Below are positions 11,313-20,887 of a stretch of DNA of 64,000 nucleotides, one piece after another. The notes beneath the pieces were generated by a model. That model worked only from the letters and a program-made list of their open reading frames with translations, did not search any database and had not been told where the DNA came from. The DNA is taken from the IMG/VR virus record IMGVR_UViG_3300030419_004303; one strand, 5' to 3'. The stretch comes from an uncultured virus (IMG/VR IMGVR_UViG_3300030419_004303). Lineage: Duplodnaviria > Heunggongvirae > Uroviricota > Caudoviricetes. The position numbers and the translations under genes are program-made. Position 1 is the first letter of the stretch. Every line of letters begins with the position of its first letter.

Positions 11313-11725
11313 CAGACAATCTCTGGTATTATATCAAAAGTTAATCTAAAAGAGTGAATTACCTCATCAGGGTCATCATCCGTGTTCGTAATTTTCAAAT
11401 CACCATACACAGTTAAGGTTTCATTAGGAAGCTTAACCGCATCGGCAGTTTCCCACCGCAGCATAATATTAGAACTGGTGCTCGAACTCCCAATATTCGG
11501 GAAACGAATTCTTCCTGATGTGTGTTGGGCAGAACCCGATGTGTTGCTGGTCAATGTGTCAATGACATCGCCTGTTACTGAGGTTCCCGCTTTTTTACGA
11601 ATAACTAATGAAGCAGTATACTGAGCATCAGAGGTATAGAAATTAGTAGCATAACTACTACCCGTAGGCGTATATGTAATATCTACTTGAGTCTGCTGAC
11701 CCCTCTTAATCTCTATGTTAGCCAT
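11312..11725 (-). CDS. Putative virion structural protein (beta-rich, fibre-associated)
   Basis: 137-aa ORF abutting the fibre start. Confidence 0.55.
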   Translation of the reverse strand: MANIEIKRGQQTQVDITYTPTGSSYATNFYTSDAQYTASLVIRKKAGTSVTGDVIDTLTSNTSGSAQHTSGRIRFPNIGSSSTSSNIMLRWETADAVKLPNETLTVYGDLKITNTDDDPDEVIHSFRLTFDIIPEIV

Positions 11726-11727
11726 GA

Positions 11728-12015
11728 TTACTTGCCAGCTTTGTAAGCAATGACCTGACCACTATCTAAACGCACACCACTGAACTGACCATATATGGAA
11801 GTCCCTGCGGGTACGGTAACAGTGCTAGTGTTGCCAAAAAGTTGTGGGTCACCATCATCAGTAAACTCAGGCCAGTAAGTAGCCATATCAGCGTGGAAAA
11901 TAGTAGCAGCTATAGTGTCTATACGACAAAAATCTCCTGTTACTGCATCAGTGTCGCTTACGAATACGGCTCCATGTTCACCATATATTCCTTTTAATGT
12001 TCTGTTTTCAGCCAT
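11728..12015 (-). CDS. Small putative virion protein
   Basis: 95 aa, Gly/beta-rich, C-terminal GTSIYGQF...SGQVIAY; in structural operon. Confidence 0.55.
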   Translation of the reverse strand: MAENRTLKGIYGEHGAVFVSDTDAVTGDFCRIDTIAATIFHADMATYWPEFTDDGDPQLFGNTSTVTVPAGTSIYGQFSGVRLDSGQVIAYKAGK

Positions 12016-12046
12016 AATATAATTTGTTTATTTGTTTGTTAAATTG

Positions 12047-13090
12047 TTAATACATTCCTCGCATGCCAGCCCCCACCCCTCCAGGAGCAATCTTTAAAGC
12101 AGGTTTGGAAGATCCTCGATATGAATCCATGTCAGCCTCTAAAAGCTGACTTACAATAGCCCAATGATATGTTGCTCTCTGAATATCTGCGTTGTCTTCA
12201 GAAAGCTTTCCTAAAAGAGCATGTTTTATAATGGCATTTGAAGGTATATGAACTAAATCAGTATTACTATCCACATCAATCCACCGTCTTTTTAAAAGCA
12301 TATGGGCGTTAGAAGTAGTGTTAGTGCTCCCAATTCTAAATCTTCTATACCTAAGTGACCCATGTGTTGAATTTATATGCCCCAAAACTAAATCCTTTGT
12401 AGAGTCAACAACATCTGAACCAGAAGCAGTCCCATTATACTTAGCAGAAATCTGCAAAGGGTGGTCTGCTTCCATATTGTCCCATGTAATAGATATAATT
12501 TCAGTGATGTCCCCATATATAATAAGATCTGTGGGGCCTCCTGACTGCCCTGTAAAAGAGGTTGAGGCTTCACTATAAGAATCCCCTTCTAATTTAGTTT
12601 GCCCTGCAATTAAAGCTCCTGATCCAGAAGTGGCATCATTATATCTCCTATATTTTATAGTTAATGTTCCCTGAGAAGGGGCTGTGCTATAAGCAGGACC
12701 TTTTAAAGTATGAAACTGAATCTTATACTTACTTCCAGAAACAAGATCTCTATAAGTGGGAGCATACCCATCATCAACAAAAGCAGAAACTATAGTATCA
12801 TCCTGATCGTTAGTCCCAAATATTTTGTAATCATGCCATAAAGACTTAGCGGGAAAGGGACTATTATCAAGTATGGCAGCTACAATAGAGTCAGTATCAA
12901 GGGGTAATGACACATATTCATCAGAAGCATCCTGTGTATGCTCCACCAGCATTTCTCGCCAATACCCTAACTTGTAAATACGGGGCATCACTTCATTCAG
13001 AGCATCCCAGAAATCTCCTGGAGAATCTTCTGAAGCATCTAAATATTTTTGATGGGTCTCGTATAAATGATTTGTAGTTAGAGCTGGCAC
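12047..13090 (-). CDS. Putative tail tubular/adaptor protein
   Basis: 347 aa; helical termini around a beta-rich core; position in tail block. Function inferred. Confidence 0.45.
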   Translation of the reverse strand: MPALTTNHLYETHQKYLDASEDSPGDFWDALNEVMPRIYKLGYWREMLVEHTQDASDEYVSLPLDTDSIVAAILDNSPFPAKSLWHDYKIFGTNDQDDTIVSAFVDDGYAPTYRDLVSGSKYKIQFHTLKGPAYSTAPSQGTLTIKYRRYNDATSGSGALIAGQTKLEGDSYSEASTSFTGQSGGPTDLIIYGDITEIISITWDNMEADHPLQISAKYNGTASGSDVVDSTKDLVLGHINSTHGSLRYRRFRIGSTNTTSNAHMLLKRRWIDVDSNTDLVHIPSNAIIKHALLGKLSEDNADIQRATYHWAIVSQLLEADMDSYRGSSKPALKIAPGGVGAGMRGMY

Positions 13091-13134
13091 GTTCTGTAAA
13101 TATAAAGGGAATATGCGTCAATTCAACCCATGAA

Positions 13135-13824
13135 CTAGTGCCAAATTCGGGACTCTAAATCATCGTTACAAATGTCACTTTTCCCAGCACACTGCCCTGC
13201 TAACCACATACTAGGGCAGTACACATTCCATTCCTGCCTTCTATGGGCTACTTCTAGTTGATGATCAAAATGATGGTTTTTCTTACCATAGTAATTGGGG
13301 CTATAATTAATATGGCTGTAAAATTTTTTATATACTTTTCTATTTAAAGCGTATGCATGGGCTCTATTAACACTTATCCCCCGCAAGACCCCAGCATATT
13401 CAGTCTCAAGAGGCTTTGCTCTGTGCTGTCCTCCTAAGTATATTTGATCCCAATCAGGAGGCAGGTTGCACATAAAATGGTTTAAGAAAGCTAGAGGGTT
13501 GTGGATAAATTCGACATCATCTTCTAGAACAAGGATTGACTCTAACCCCTCCCCCATAATTTCACGCTCCATGATAACACTCTCTATAATATTACTATGA
13601 GATCTGAAGCACCCCCAAGCTCCTGCACCCCCAATAAAATCTTTAGGATGACTTACCCGCTCCCCCATAATACCAGGGTATACTAAAATTCTATGTCTAT
13701 CTGCCAACTCATTCCCAGTAATATGCTTTAAGAATCTTTCTAATCTTCTGGGGCGGTCTGGTCTGTTTATAACATAGACACGATCAAACCAATCGGTGAT
13801 CTTTTTAAAGCCCCGTGTGTTCAC
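13135..13824 (-). CDS. Glycosyltransferase family 25-like protein
   Basis: VYVINxxxRxxR, GAWGCFRSH, ILVLEDD, WDQIYLG and HAYAL motifs characteristic of GT25. Confidence 0.85.
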   Translation of the reverse strand: MNTRGFKKITDWFDRVYVINRPDRPRRLERFLKHITGNELADRHRILVYPGIMGERVSHPKDFIGGAGAWGCFRSHSNIIESVIMEREIMGEGLESILVLEDDVEFIHNPLAFLNHFMCNLPPDWDQIYLGGQHRAKPLETEYAGVLRGISVNRAHAYALNRKVYKKFYSHINYSPNYYGKKNHHFDHQLEVAHRRQEWNVYCPSMWLAGQCAGKSDICNDDLESRIWH

Positions 13825-13827
13825 TTG

Positions 13828-15138
13828 CTAATAAGAATAAGAAGACGAAGTAGCACTCCCCCCTGCGCTCCCATCTGGACCAAACAACTGAACCTCCATT
13901 TCAGTTTCAATGTTGTCGGGAAGGGTAGCGGCATCTGTATTGTAGCCTGTTACATCTGAAGTGCCTCCTGTCCCAGCAGCTCCTGTACCACCAAAAGCTC
14001 CCTCAATTTCTTGAGGGGGAACTACTGTAGTATCGAACCCAGGTCGGGCAACATTGGCTTGTTGTTGATAATAAGTTGAAAGTCCTTGGTTAGCTAACTG
14101 TGGAGTTGTATGTAACGTAGTATAATCTGGTTGATTCCTCGCATAGTCCTTGGGATCATAAGTTGTGGGGGCTTCTGTCGTTCCTTCTAGAACGGCTCCT
14201 GGTCCTAATTTAGTTTGATTAGAAGTAGGGGTCTGTACTGAAGTTTCAAAACCTGTGCGTGGCAAAGGCCCTGGTATTACAGGATCAGGTTGCTGTGCTC
14301 CTATGTTGCCATCTACAGTAAACCTTTCTGGGGAAGACCCCTCTGAAGCAGCTATTGTTCCATCAGAATAATCGCCATCAGTACTCTCGTAATCATCAGA
14401 AGGTCCTACAATTGTAGTAGCATAGTAAACATGGTCTTCTATGTTCTGCGTTATTGGGATAATTGTATCTTGAGGAGAATTAAAAGAACCAATTTTTAAA
14501 CGATATCTCCCCATATTAGGGTTCCTTAAAAGCTTATCTCCCACTCTCTTTAATTCCCCGCAAGGCACTTCTTCCTCAACAGTACCTCCCTTCTCAACAA
14601 AATTTATATCAGCTCCTTTAACCACATAGTTTAGAGCATCTACAAAAAACCTTAGATACACAGTACCAAAAGCCGTTTCAGGGGGACTCCCATCGGCTCC
14701 TACTTTCCCTACTGGATACCTAGTAAACTTTTGAGTAGCACCTGTTTCTTGATTAATAAAACCAACAGGGGTAACTGTGCCAATCCCTGGAATCTTATTC
14801 TGGCTTTTAATTCCAAAACGCTTAGTGGAACTAACTGTAAAAGCTTCTGTTTGGATAGCTGTAATACTATAATGTATAACTCCATAATAACACCGCAGTT
14901 CTGCCATCCCATCATCATCCACATGATACTCTAACTCAAAGGGATGATAATCTTTATTACCATCATTCCCTTGAGGATATAGTTCTATAGAACCTTCTCC
15001 TTGATAATCAGTCCCAATAGGAGTGTTCTCATGAGACCCAAATGGATTAGGCCATTTTTCTACAAAACCTACACCATCAATGGTGGTTTTCTGATTGTCT
15101 GGAACATCTTCTGCCATTTTAATTATCCTCCCGACCAA
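13828..15138 (-). CDS. Hypothetical virion-block protein with low-complexity Thr/Gly/Pro C-terminus (likely start 15117)
   Basis: Long ORF co-oriented with tail genes. Confidence 0.6.
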   Translation of the reverse strand: MVGRIIKMAEDVPDNQKTTIDGVGFVEKWPNPFGSHENTPIGTDYQGEGSIELYPQGNDGNKDYHPFELEYHVDDDGMAELRCYYGVIHYSITAIQTEAFTVSSTKRFGIKSQNKIPGIGTVTPVGFINQETGATQKFTRYPVGKVGADGSPPETAFGTVYLRFFVDALNYVVKGADINFVEKGGTVEEEVPCGELKRVGDKLLRNPNMGRYRLKIGSFNSPQDTIIPITQNIEDHVYYATTIVGPSDDYESTDGDYSDGTIAASEGSSPERFTVDGNIGAQQPDPVIPGPLPRTGFETSVQTPTSNQTKLGPGAVLEGTTEAPTTYDPKDYARNQPDYTTLHTTPQLANQGLSTYYQQQANVARPGFDTTVVPPQEIEGAFGGTGAAGTGGTSDVTGYNTDAATLPDNIETEMEVQLFGPDGSAGGSATSSSYSY

Positions 15139-16610
15139 CTAGCAAAGCCTCCGAAAGAAGACATATCAGTAATGGCCGATATTTCAGGAGCATATACAGT
15201 TATTTTTTCTCTAAGGTAACCTCCTCTAAAAGGTTTTTGAGTGTCAGAGGTCACCATATATTTTGGCCAATCTGTATAATTAGTCTGCCCATAGTTGAAT
15301 ATAACAGACTCGTCACCATAAATTGGGTGGTCATTGCCTGTAGTAACCCCCAACTCCATTGCACCATGTAATGTAGGTTTGATGCTGGTTCTAATTAAAG
15401 GGGTCACAAAATCAATAGGCAGTGGTTGCATCGGTTGATCAATGTCTAAGTCGCCATCAGCCCACCGTCTCTTGCGCCAAGTCATTTCCCTAATGGTTTT
15501 AGTGGGGCCTGTATAATTATTTCGTTTATATGTTGGAAATACTACTGTATCAGCTCCCCCTTTCTTCCTCCTCCATGTATAACCAACCACACCATCCTGC
15601 ATCCCATCAGTGTCCATAGGATTTAAAACGGCTGGCCAAGAAAATGTCTCAGTAGTCCTGTACTTAGCTAAAGTAACCTCTCCAGTAGTAGTATTCACAG
15701 GAGGAACTACTTGCCTCTCAAAAAGTACATACCAATTAGCAGACAGTTGTTTGCCTTCACGATGAATCCCTAACTCGTCCGTACCCCAAAAATTTGTTAC
15801 TTGCCCTGTCGTGTCATCTAAATCTATGTCACTGTCATACTGTAAATCAGGGTCCCTAAAACCAACCTCTGCGGTTGTAGAACCAGCGGCTTTAAGAGTG
15901 TCTGCATTACTGTCACCATCCCCATTCTTAAAAACCGTAGTAGCTTCTATGACATCGGTTCTGAAAAATAAAGTTTCTTTCTCTACTAAAGAACCATAAG
16001 CCCCTGCCGTTCTAGATATAATAGAATCTCCTTGAGTGGCCGTGCTAGTTTTTATATCATATGGGAAAGTATCATCTGTGCGTATGACTCGAATAGGTAC
16101 TTTTTTTACGTATATTCTACGGTCAATAACATATAAGGAATCTAAGGTGTCATCTCCAGCCCTAACCTGCCTCTTCTCAAAAAGAATATACCCATCAGTA
16201 GAGGCGAAAGGGTCACTAGTAGATATAGGCATAGCCGAATTAATGGCTGGTGAGGCATCATCATAAGAACTACGAAGTGTTATATAAGTTCTAACGACAG
16301 TGTCATACCTAGTACCAGACGCACCAGCAGCTTGGTATTCCCAGTTATAGTCATCTTGATCTGATCTATCAACTACATAGTACCATAACTGAAACTGCCC
16401 CTGCTCCCCATCAGAATTTTTTATCTTAGCTAACTTATGATTAGGAAACCTAACTGAGTCAGGATGAGCTGTCCCATAAGCTGTATCATCAGCTGCGGCT
16501 GCAGAGCTTAAATTCTTGCTCGCATCAACAGACTCAACAACGACTAAATCCGCTACTTTAGGAGTAGCAAATTCAATTATTCTTTGTCTCCTATTAGGGG
16601 ATACGGGCAT
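15123..16610 (-). CDS. Putative tail structural protein
   Basis: 495-aa beta-rich ORF downstream of the capsid genes. Confidence 0.55.
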   Translation of the reverse strand: MPVSPNRRQRIIEFATPKVADLVVVESVDASKNLSSAAAADDTAYGTAHPDSVRFPNHKLAKIKNSDGEQGQFQLWYYVVDRSDQDDYNWEYQAAGASGTRYDTVVRTYITLRSSYDDASPAINSAMPISTSDPFASTDGYILFEKRQVRAGDDTLDSLYVIDRRIYVKKVPIRVIRTDDTFPYDIKTSTATQGDSIISRTAGAYGSLVEKETLFFRTDVIEATTVFKNGDGDSNADTLKAAGSTTAEVGFRDPDLQYDSDIDLDDTTGQVTNFWGTDELGIHREGKQLSANWYVLFERQVVPPVNTTTGEVTLAKYRTTETFSWPAVLNPMDTDGMQDGVVGYTWRRKKGGADTVVFPTYKRNNYTGPTKTIREMTWRKRRWADGDLDIDQPMQPLPIDFVTPLIRTSIKPTLHGAMELGVTTGNDHPIYGDESVIFNYGQTNYTDWPKYMVTSDTQKPFRGGYLREKITVYAPEISAITDMSSFGGFASWSGG

Positions 16611-16614
16611 TAAA

Positions 16615-17208
16615 TTATGAGTGACCTAAAAGAGTTATGGTAACATCGTCATTCGCTGTCTCAAAAGTAATTGTAATGTCAACATTTGCAGGGTCTGCTC
16701 GTGGGAAGAACAAAGCAGACCTGTTAAAATCTCCTGTATCATGGTTCGTTGAACCATCACCCCCCTTTAAAATTACACTTCCAAAAACCTCGCCCAATCC
16801 CCCCGAAGAAGCAATCGTTACAGTCCCGTTGTTGTCAGAGTCTGTCACATATAAGATGGCAGCAACACTATTAAGTGTTGGTAACGTATCCCCAAAAATA
16901 TCAGTTGGGGCATGGGAGGAACCGCCATGAGCTTGATACCCACCGAAGGTGTGCCCTGTGCGATCTATTACATTAACTGTATCCCCACTGCCTCCTGTGA
17001 ACTTGTTTAAATCTAAATCCCAGGTCAGTACATCCCCAGCCCCTGTTGCCGTACATTTAACAGAAAACAAAGTATCTGCATAAGTGGTTGAAAGTGCAGT
17101 AGAAAAGGTACTGCCAATCCGTAAATCATTTAATACGTTTGTGCCTGTAGTGGCCATAGTCCCTATGACTTTAGAAGTTACAGAGACTCCTGATAGTGTT
17201 TGTGGCAT
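16615..17208 (-). CDS. Putative virion structural protein
   Basis: 197 aa, Thr/Gly/Ser-rich. Confidence 0.55.
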   Translation of the reverse strand: MPQTLSGVSVTSKVIGTMATTGTNVLNDLRIGSTFSTALSTTYADTLFSVKCTATGAGDVLTWDLDLNKFTGGSGDTVNVIDRTGHTFGGYQAHGGSSHAPTDIFGDTLPTLNSVAAILYVTDSDNNGTVTIASSGGLGEVFGSVILKGGDGSTNHDTGDFNRSALFFPRADPANVDITITFETANDDVTITLLGHS

Positions 17209-17219
17209 CGTTCTCTATT

Positions 17220-17593
17220 CTATTCGGGTTGTTGTTGTTTTTCCATGTCTCGATAAAGCTTTATCGCAAATTCAGACACTGTCATCTCGCCAGAAGCAAG
17301 GGCTTTGGAAAGCTCTTGGTCTTGTGAAAGAAGAATAACTATCTGCTGCATCATAGCAGCATGAGCCTCATCGTTCTCGTCCAATGGCTCACCAGTCACA
17401 ACTTCAAAGATCTCTACGAGAGTGTCTTTATCAGGGAGCACAGGTTCAGCTTGTTCAACATCTTGACCAGTTTTAGTGGCTTCGGNNNNNNNNNNNNNNN
17501 NNNNNNNNNNNNNNNNNNNNNNNNNNNNNNNNNNNNNNNNNNNNNNNTGCCCTCCTCGTCATACTTAAATTCTTTATCTCCTACTTTTGGCAT
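17220..17593 (-). CDS. Hypothetical protein spanning the N gap
   Basis: ATG at 17593 reads MPKVGDKEFKYDEEG; after the gap AEATKTGQDVEQAEP runs in frame into track ORF 17220..17441. Confidence 0.55.
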
Positions 17594-17610
17594 AATAATT
17601 AAATGGTTAT

Positions 17611-17658
17611 AAAAAAATAACCCCGATCCCCTCCTTTTTCAAGAGGATCGGGGATTAT
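17611..17658 (-). terminator. Rho-independent terminator
   Basis: ccccgatcc/ggatcgggg stem followed by a U tract on the minus strand, downstream of 17680..18249. Confidence 0.8.
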
Positions 17659-17679
17659 TGTGATTTGTTGTTTTACTCT

Positions 17680-18249
17680 TTATTGAGCAGGAACGATGTC
17701 AGCAAAGTCAGCAGTGTCTACTATATTAACAAGTACGACAACCTGACCCGTAGTAGCGGTATTCAAGTCTTGACTACCTCCATTAGCAAACGTCACACGT
17801 AGAGTATCACTGTCCGTTGGATTATGTACAGCTACAGCTGCGTCTTCCGCTGGCGTGTCAAGGAGAGGACCAGTGCCTCTTAGATAGGCAACAGTTTTTA
17901 GGTCAGCCCCATCAATATACCCATCAGCGTCATCATCTTCGATTCCTACTTCAATAGTAGCCGTTCCACTTGGGTTAAAAGCCGTTGTCACAACCACAGC
18001 AGCGTTATCTATAAACTGAGTGGATGAAATAGTGACAAGGTCAACAGTAGCAGAAGTAGCAGCAACAGCGTATGTTGCACTATCAAAGTTGAATAACCAA
18101 GCGTGGCTAAATCCGTTTAGAATTTGAGCGGCAGGAACTTGTTGTATCAAACTACTCCCACTAGAATCTTTGTTGGAAATAACAAGACTATCGTTAGCGG
18201 CTACGGCTACATTTTTTTGTAGCGTTGTTGTATCATCTAAAGTTGGCAT
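17680..18249 (-). CDS. Putative capsid decoration / minor head protein
   Basis: Immediately downstream of the major capsid gene; Ala/Thr/Val-rich beta composition; followed by a terminator. Confidence 0.55.
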   Translation of the reverse strand: MPTLDDTTTLQKNVAVAANDSLVISNKDSSGSSLIQQVPAAQILNGFSHAWLFNFDSATYAVAATSATVDLVTISSTQFIDNAAVVVTTAFNPSGTATIEVGIEDDDADGYIDGADLKTVAYLRGTGPLLDTPAEDAAVAVHNPTDSDTLRVTFANGGSQDLNTATTGQVVVLVNIVDTADFADIVPAQ

Positions 18250-18278
18250 AATTTTTTAATAGTTAAAATTAATATTAT

Positions 18279-18306
18279 GTGGGGTTCCTTTTTACGGGAA
18301 CCCCAC
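18279..18306 (-). terminator. Stem-loop after major capsid gene (weak terminator or stabiliser)
   Basis: gtggggttcc/ggaaccccac perfect 10-bp stem, no strong U tract. Confidence 0.6.
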
Positions 18307-18315
18307 TTTAGATAA

Positions 18316-19701
18316 TTAAGCAGCTGGTGTAGTGCTTGTACGCTTGAACAGAATAATATAACCAAAGTTAGTCTTAATCGGCTTAGACGCAGAAGCAAGG
18401 ATACCTCTGAAGAAACCTATGGTTCCGTCTGGGTTAAGAGATACATCTGGGATGTTAGTCCACTTAAAGTCGCCCTTATAGTTAACAGGGTTAAATGATA
18501 ACCCGTTAGCATTAGTGATAGGTGCAGGAATCAAAGACTCCATTACGTTATCAACAAGAACAAAGGCGGCCTCATAGTCAGCAGTATCATAAGCAGTATT
18601 AACAATAACTTTGTTACTGTCACCACCACTAGCATCTTGAGCTTTATATGGCTGTACCTCTACAAGTTTATCACTGTTAATCCCACTGAAACGTGGTGCA
18701 AGGTCATCTATCAAGTGGTAGAAACCTCTAAAGCTCTTCTCAACTCCTAATGGAGCAATAAGGTCAGAAACTTTAGCGTTGTTGTAACGTACATCATCAC
18801 GGAATCCAGATTCAGTCATCAACTGATAAGATGCTTCTGATGAGCAAACAATAGAGAATACAGGACGACCATTTTCACGGCCATATGCATTAGCACCTGC
18901 ACCTGCTCTTACAAGCTTGAAGTAAATATCATCAAGAAGCTTGTTAGAGATGTTTGCTGTAACATCAAGAGTGTTATCCTCAGTACCATCTCCAGAGGCG
19001 GCTCCGCCAGCTCCTCCTGTTGATTCATCATCAACATCAAGGTCTGTTAGGGCAACACCTTCTTTACCAGTAGCAGTAACAGAAGAAGCAGTCTTAGCGT
19101 AAACGATGTTATCACACATCTTACCATACTCATCACGATAACGGCTCTCCCAAACATTACGGGTGGCCTCTTTAAGGAGATCCATAATGGCACGGAGCTG
19201 TTCTGTACGGTGAGCAGCGTAACGAAGTTCTTCCACATTAATACGTGGTGATTCAACGATAGCTCTTTCCAGGCTGTAGTTCTTGAGAGTCTTAGTGAAG
19301 TCAATCAAGTTAACGTCACCTGAAGCATCTCCTGACCCATAGAATTTTGAGTTAGCAACGTCTCCAAGTTGATCAAGTTGTCCCGCAGTATTACCATTAA
19401 GGGCAGTACCATGAGTTGTTCCCATCGCTCTCCAGTTGGCTCCAATTCCAGCAATGGTGTCATGAAGATGAATACCCTCTGCTTGTAAAGGAAGCGCACG
19501 GTCATAAATGAGTGTGCTTAGTTGATACCCCATTCCTTCTGGGAATGTGGCTTGTTTAATAAGGTCTATCCACGGTGAAGTGTGGAGAGTTGCCTTATGG
19601 ATGTCTCCGCCAATTCTATTGGCTTCTTGAGTCAATACGGCATCAATAGCTGCTCCCGCATCGGTCTCGAATGTATTTGGTGCTATAAAATCTGCGCCCA
19701 T
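18316..19701 (-). CDS. Major capsid protein
   Basis: 461 aa; portal-scaffold-capsid order; own promoter, long leader and downstream hairpin. Confidence 0.8.
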   Translation of the reverse strand: MGADFIAPNTFETDAGAAIDAVLTQEANRIGGDIHKATLHTSPWIDLIKQATFPEGMGYQLSTLIYDRALPLQAEGIHLHDTIAGIGANWRAMGTTHGTALNGNTAGQLDQLGDVANSKFYGSGDASGDVNLIDFTKTLKNYSLERAIVESPRINVEELRYAAHRTEQLRAIMDLLKEATRNVWESRYRDEYGKMCDNIVYAKTASSVTATGKEGVALTDLDVDDESTGGAGGAASGDGTEDNTLDVTANISNKLLDDIYFKLVRAGAGANAYGRENGRPVFSIVCSSEASYQLMTESGFRDDVRYNNAKVSDLIAPLGVEKSFRGFYHLIDDLAPRFSGINSDKLVEVQPYKAQDASGGDSNKVIVNTAYDTADYEAAFVLVDNVMESLIPAPITNANGLSFNPVNYKGDFKWTNIPDVSLNPDGTIGFFRGILASASKPIKTNFGYIILFKRTSTTPAA

Positions 19702-19945
19702 TGTATTTTATTTTCTAATTTAAAGTTAAATGTGTATAGACCACCCCTATGGTATAGGGTAGCGATCCATATAATGTTATTAAGGTGCAAACCAATCCCG
19801 TTAGCCAGGAATGGCTTAGTTCAGTATGAATCTTGATACTTAGAACTAATTAGAAAAGGGCTAGAGCAACCCACAAGATTCTTGGATATGTTGTTTCAAG
19901 GATCTGAACTAATTGAACGGCTAGAGCAACCTAATCCTTGTAACG
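19702..19945 (-). ncRNA. Candidate structured 5' leader of capsid mRNA
   Basis: Two copies of GGTTGCTCTAGCC..AATTAGTTC plus several hairpins; see findings. Confidence 0.5.
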
Positions 19946-19951
19946 TAAATA

Positions 19952-19980
19952 AAGATAATTTGTAAATTAGAGATCGTCAA
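19952..19980 (-). promoter_or_regulatory. Sigma70-like promoter for capsid transcript
   Basis: TTGACG-17 nt-TATCTT on the minus strand. Confidence 0.6.
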
Positions 19981-19988
19981 TAGGAGAT

Positions 19989-20282
19989 TTAATGCTCCTT
20001 CGGAACCCCGTTGTAAAGCTTGGACAACACTTTGTCCATGTCCATCTCTAACATCCCAATCTTGAGATCCTGACGGACATCTGATGGTAGAGAACCAGAG
20101 CCCCATTTGCCAGCGGGCCACAGCTTAACGAATTCGGAGTTTTCACTCACATCCTTCGCAATCATCTGGATCTGGAAATCATTGTGCTGAACATCAGATT
20201 GAAGCTTCGATGCCCACCATACAATACCGCCAGCTTGAGCTGCCAAGCCAACACAAAGAGAAACAATAAATTTAGAGTCCAC
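19989..20282 (-). CDS. Small membrane-anchored coiled-coil protein
   Basis: N-terminal hydrophobic helix ending IVWWASK. Confidence 0.6.
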   Translation of the reverse strand: MDSKFIVSLCVGLAAQAGGIVWWASKLQSDVQHNDFQIQMIAKDVSENSEFVKLWPAGKWGSGSLPSDVRQDLKIGMLEMDMDKVLSKLYNGVPKEH

Positions 20283-20473
20283 TAAGGAGTATCAATTACG
20301 TCTAAACCAATACAGAACTTAGGAGGAAGTGGTGTAGCCTGAATATCCAGACTAACACTAGCAGAAGGGTTAGTGAATGGAATAGGTAGGCTTGCTCCTG
20401 TGTTAAGTGCATTGCAGGAAACCCCACAAGCGAGAACTGAAATGGCTCCAAGAATAATAAAGATCTTCTTCAT
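20282..20473 (-). CDS. Small putative lipoprotein
   Basis: MKKIFIILGAISVLACGVSC signal with lipobox-like Cys; TTGCAA-18-TATTCT ends 6 nt before this ATG. Confidence 0.55.
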   Translation of the reverse strand: MKKIFIILGAISVLACGVSCNALNTGASLPIPFTNPSASVSLDIQATPLPPKFCIGLDVIDTP

Positions 20474-20509
20474 AATGAAAGAATAAACACTACTTCTAAA
20501 TAATTGCAA

Positions 20510-20875
20510 CTAAGCACCCCACATAACTCTTATGCGAACCATTTCAGCCTTAAACCAAGAGAAAACCTGCCCAGCAGCATCCCTATAGTTTAATTCAAGG
20601 GTCACTCGTTGATTAAAAATAGCCCCTTGCAAAGGGTTAAAGGGCCTAAACCAATCAGCGTTCGGGTCACCTTCCTGCTTAACTTCAAGAATATACCAAA
20701 TAGGTCTATCAAACGTAGAATCAGATATAAAACTAATTTCAACTACCCCCATTGCAGGGTAATGATGGATGTTTAATTCAGGAACTGGGGGCGTAGTTCC
20801 CCAGTGGTCATCTGTTCTGGATACCTCACTCCCTGCCCACAATAGTAGACACACCAAAAACACACGAAAAGGCAC
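20510..20875 (-). CDS. Putative secreted protein
   Basis: Signal-peptide-like N-terminus followed by a small beta-rich domain. Confidence 0.55.
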   Translation of the reverse strand: MPFRVFLVCLLLWAGSEVSRTDDHWGTTPPVPELNIHHYPAMGVVEISFISDSTFDRPIWYILEVKQEGDPNADWFRPFNPLQGAIFNQRVTLELNYRDAAGQVFSWFKAEMVRIRVMWGA

Positions 20876-20887
20876 TTGGCTATTATA

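Noticed and set aside
320..11349. Plus-strand ORFs opposite the fibre genes
   Set aside because: Antisense shadows of repetitive coding sequence; no start signals.
19843..19931. Mini CRISPR array
   Set aside because: Only two short repeats (13-bp core); the Cas4-like gene sits in an ordinary replication context.
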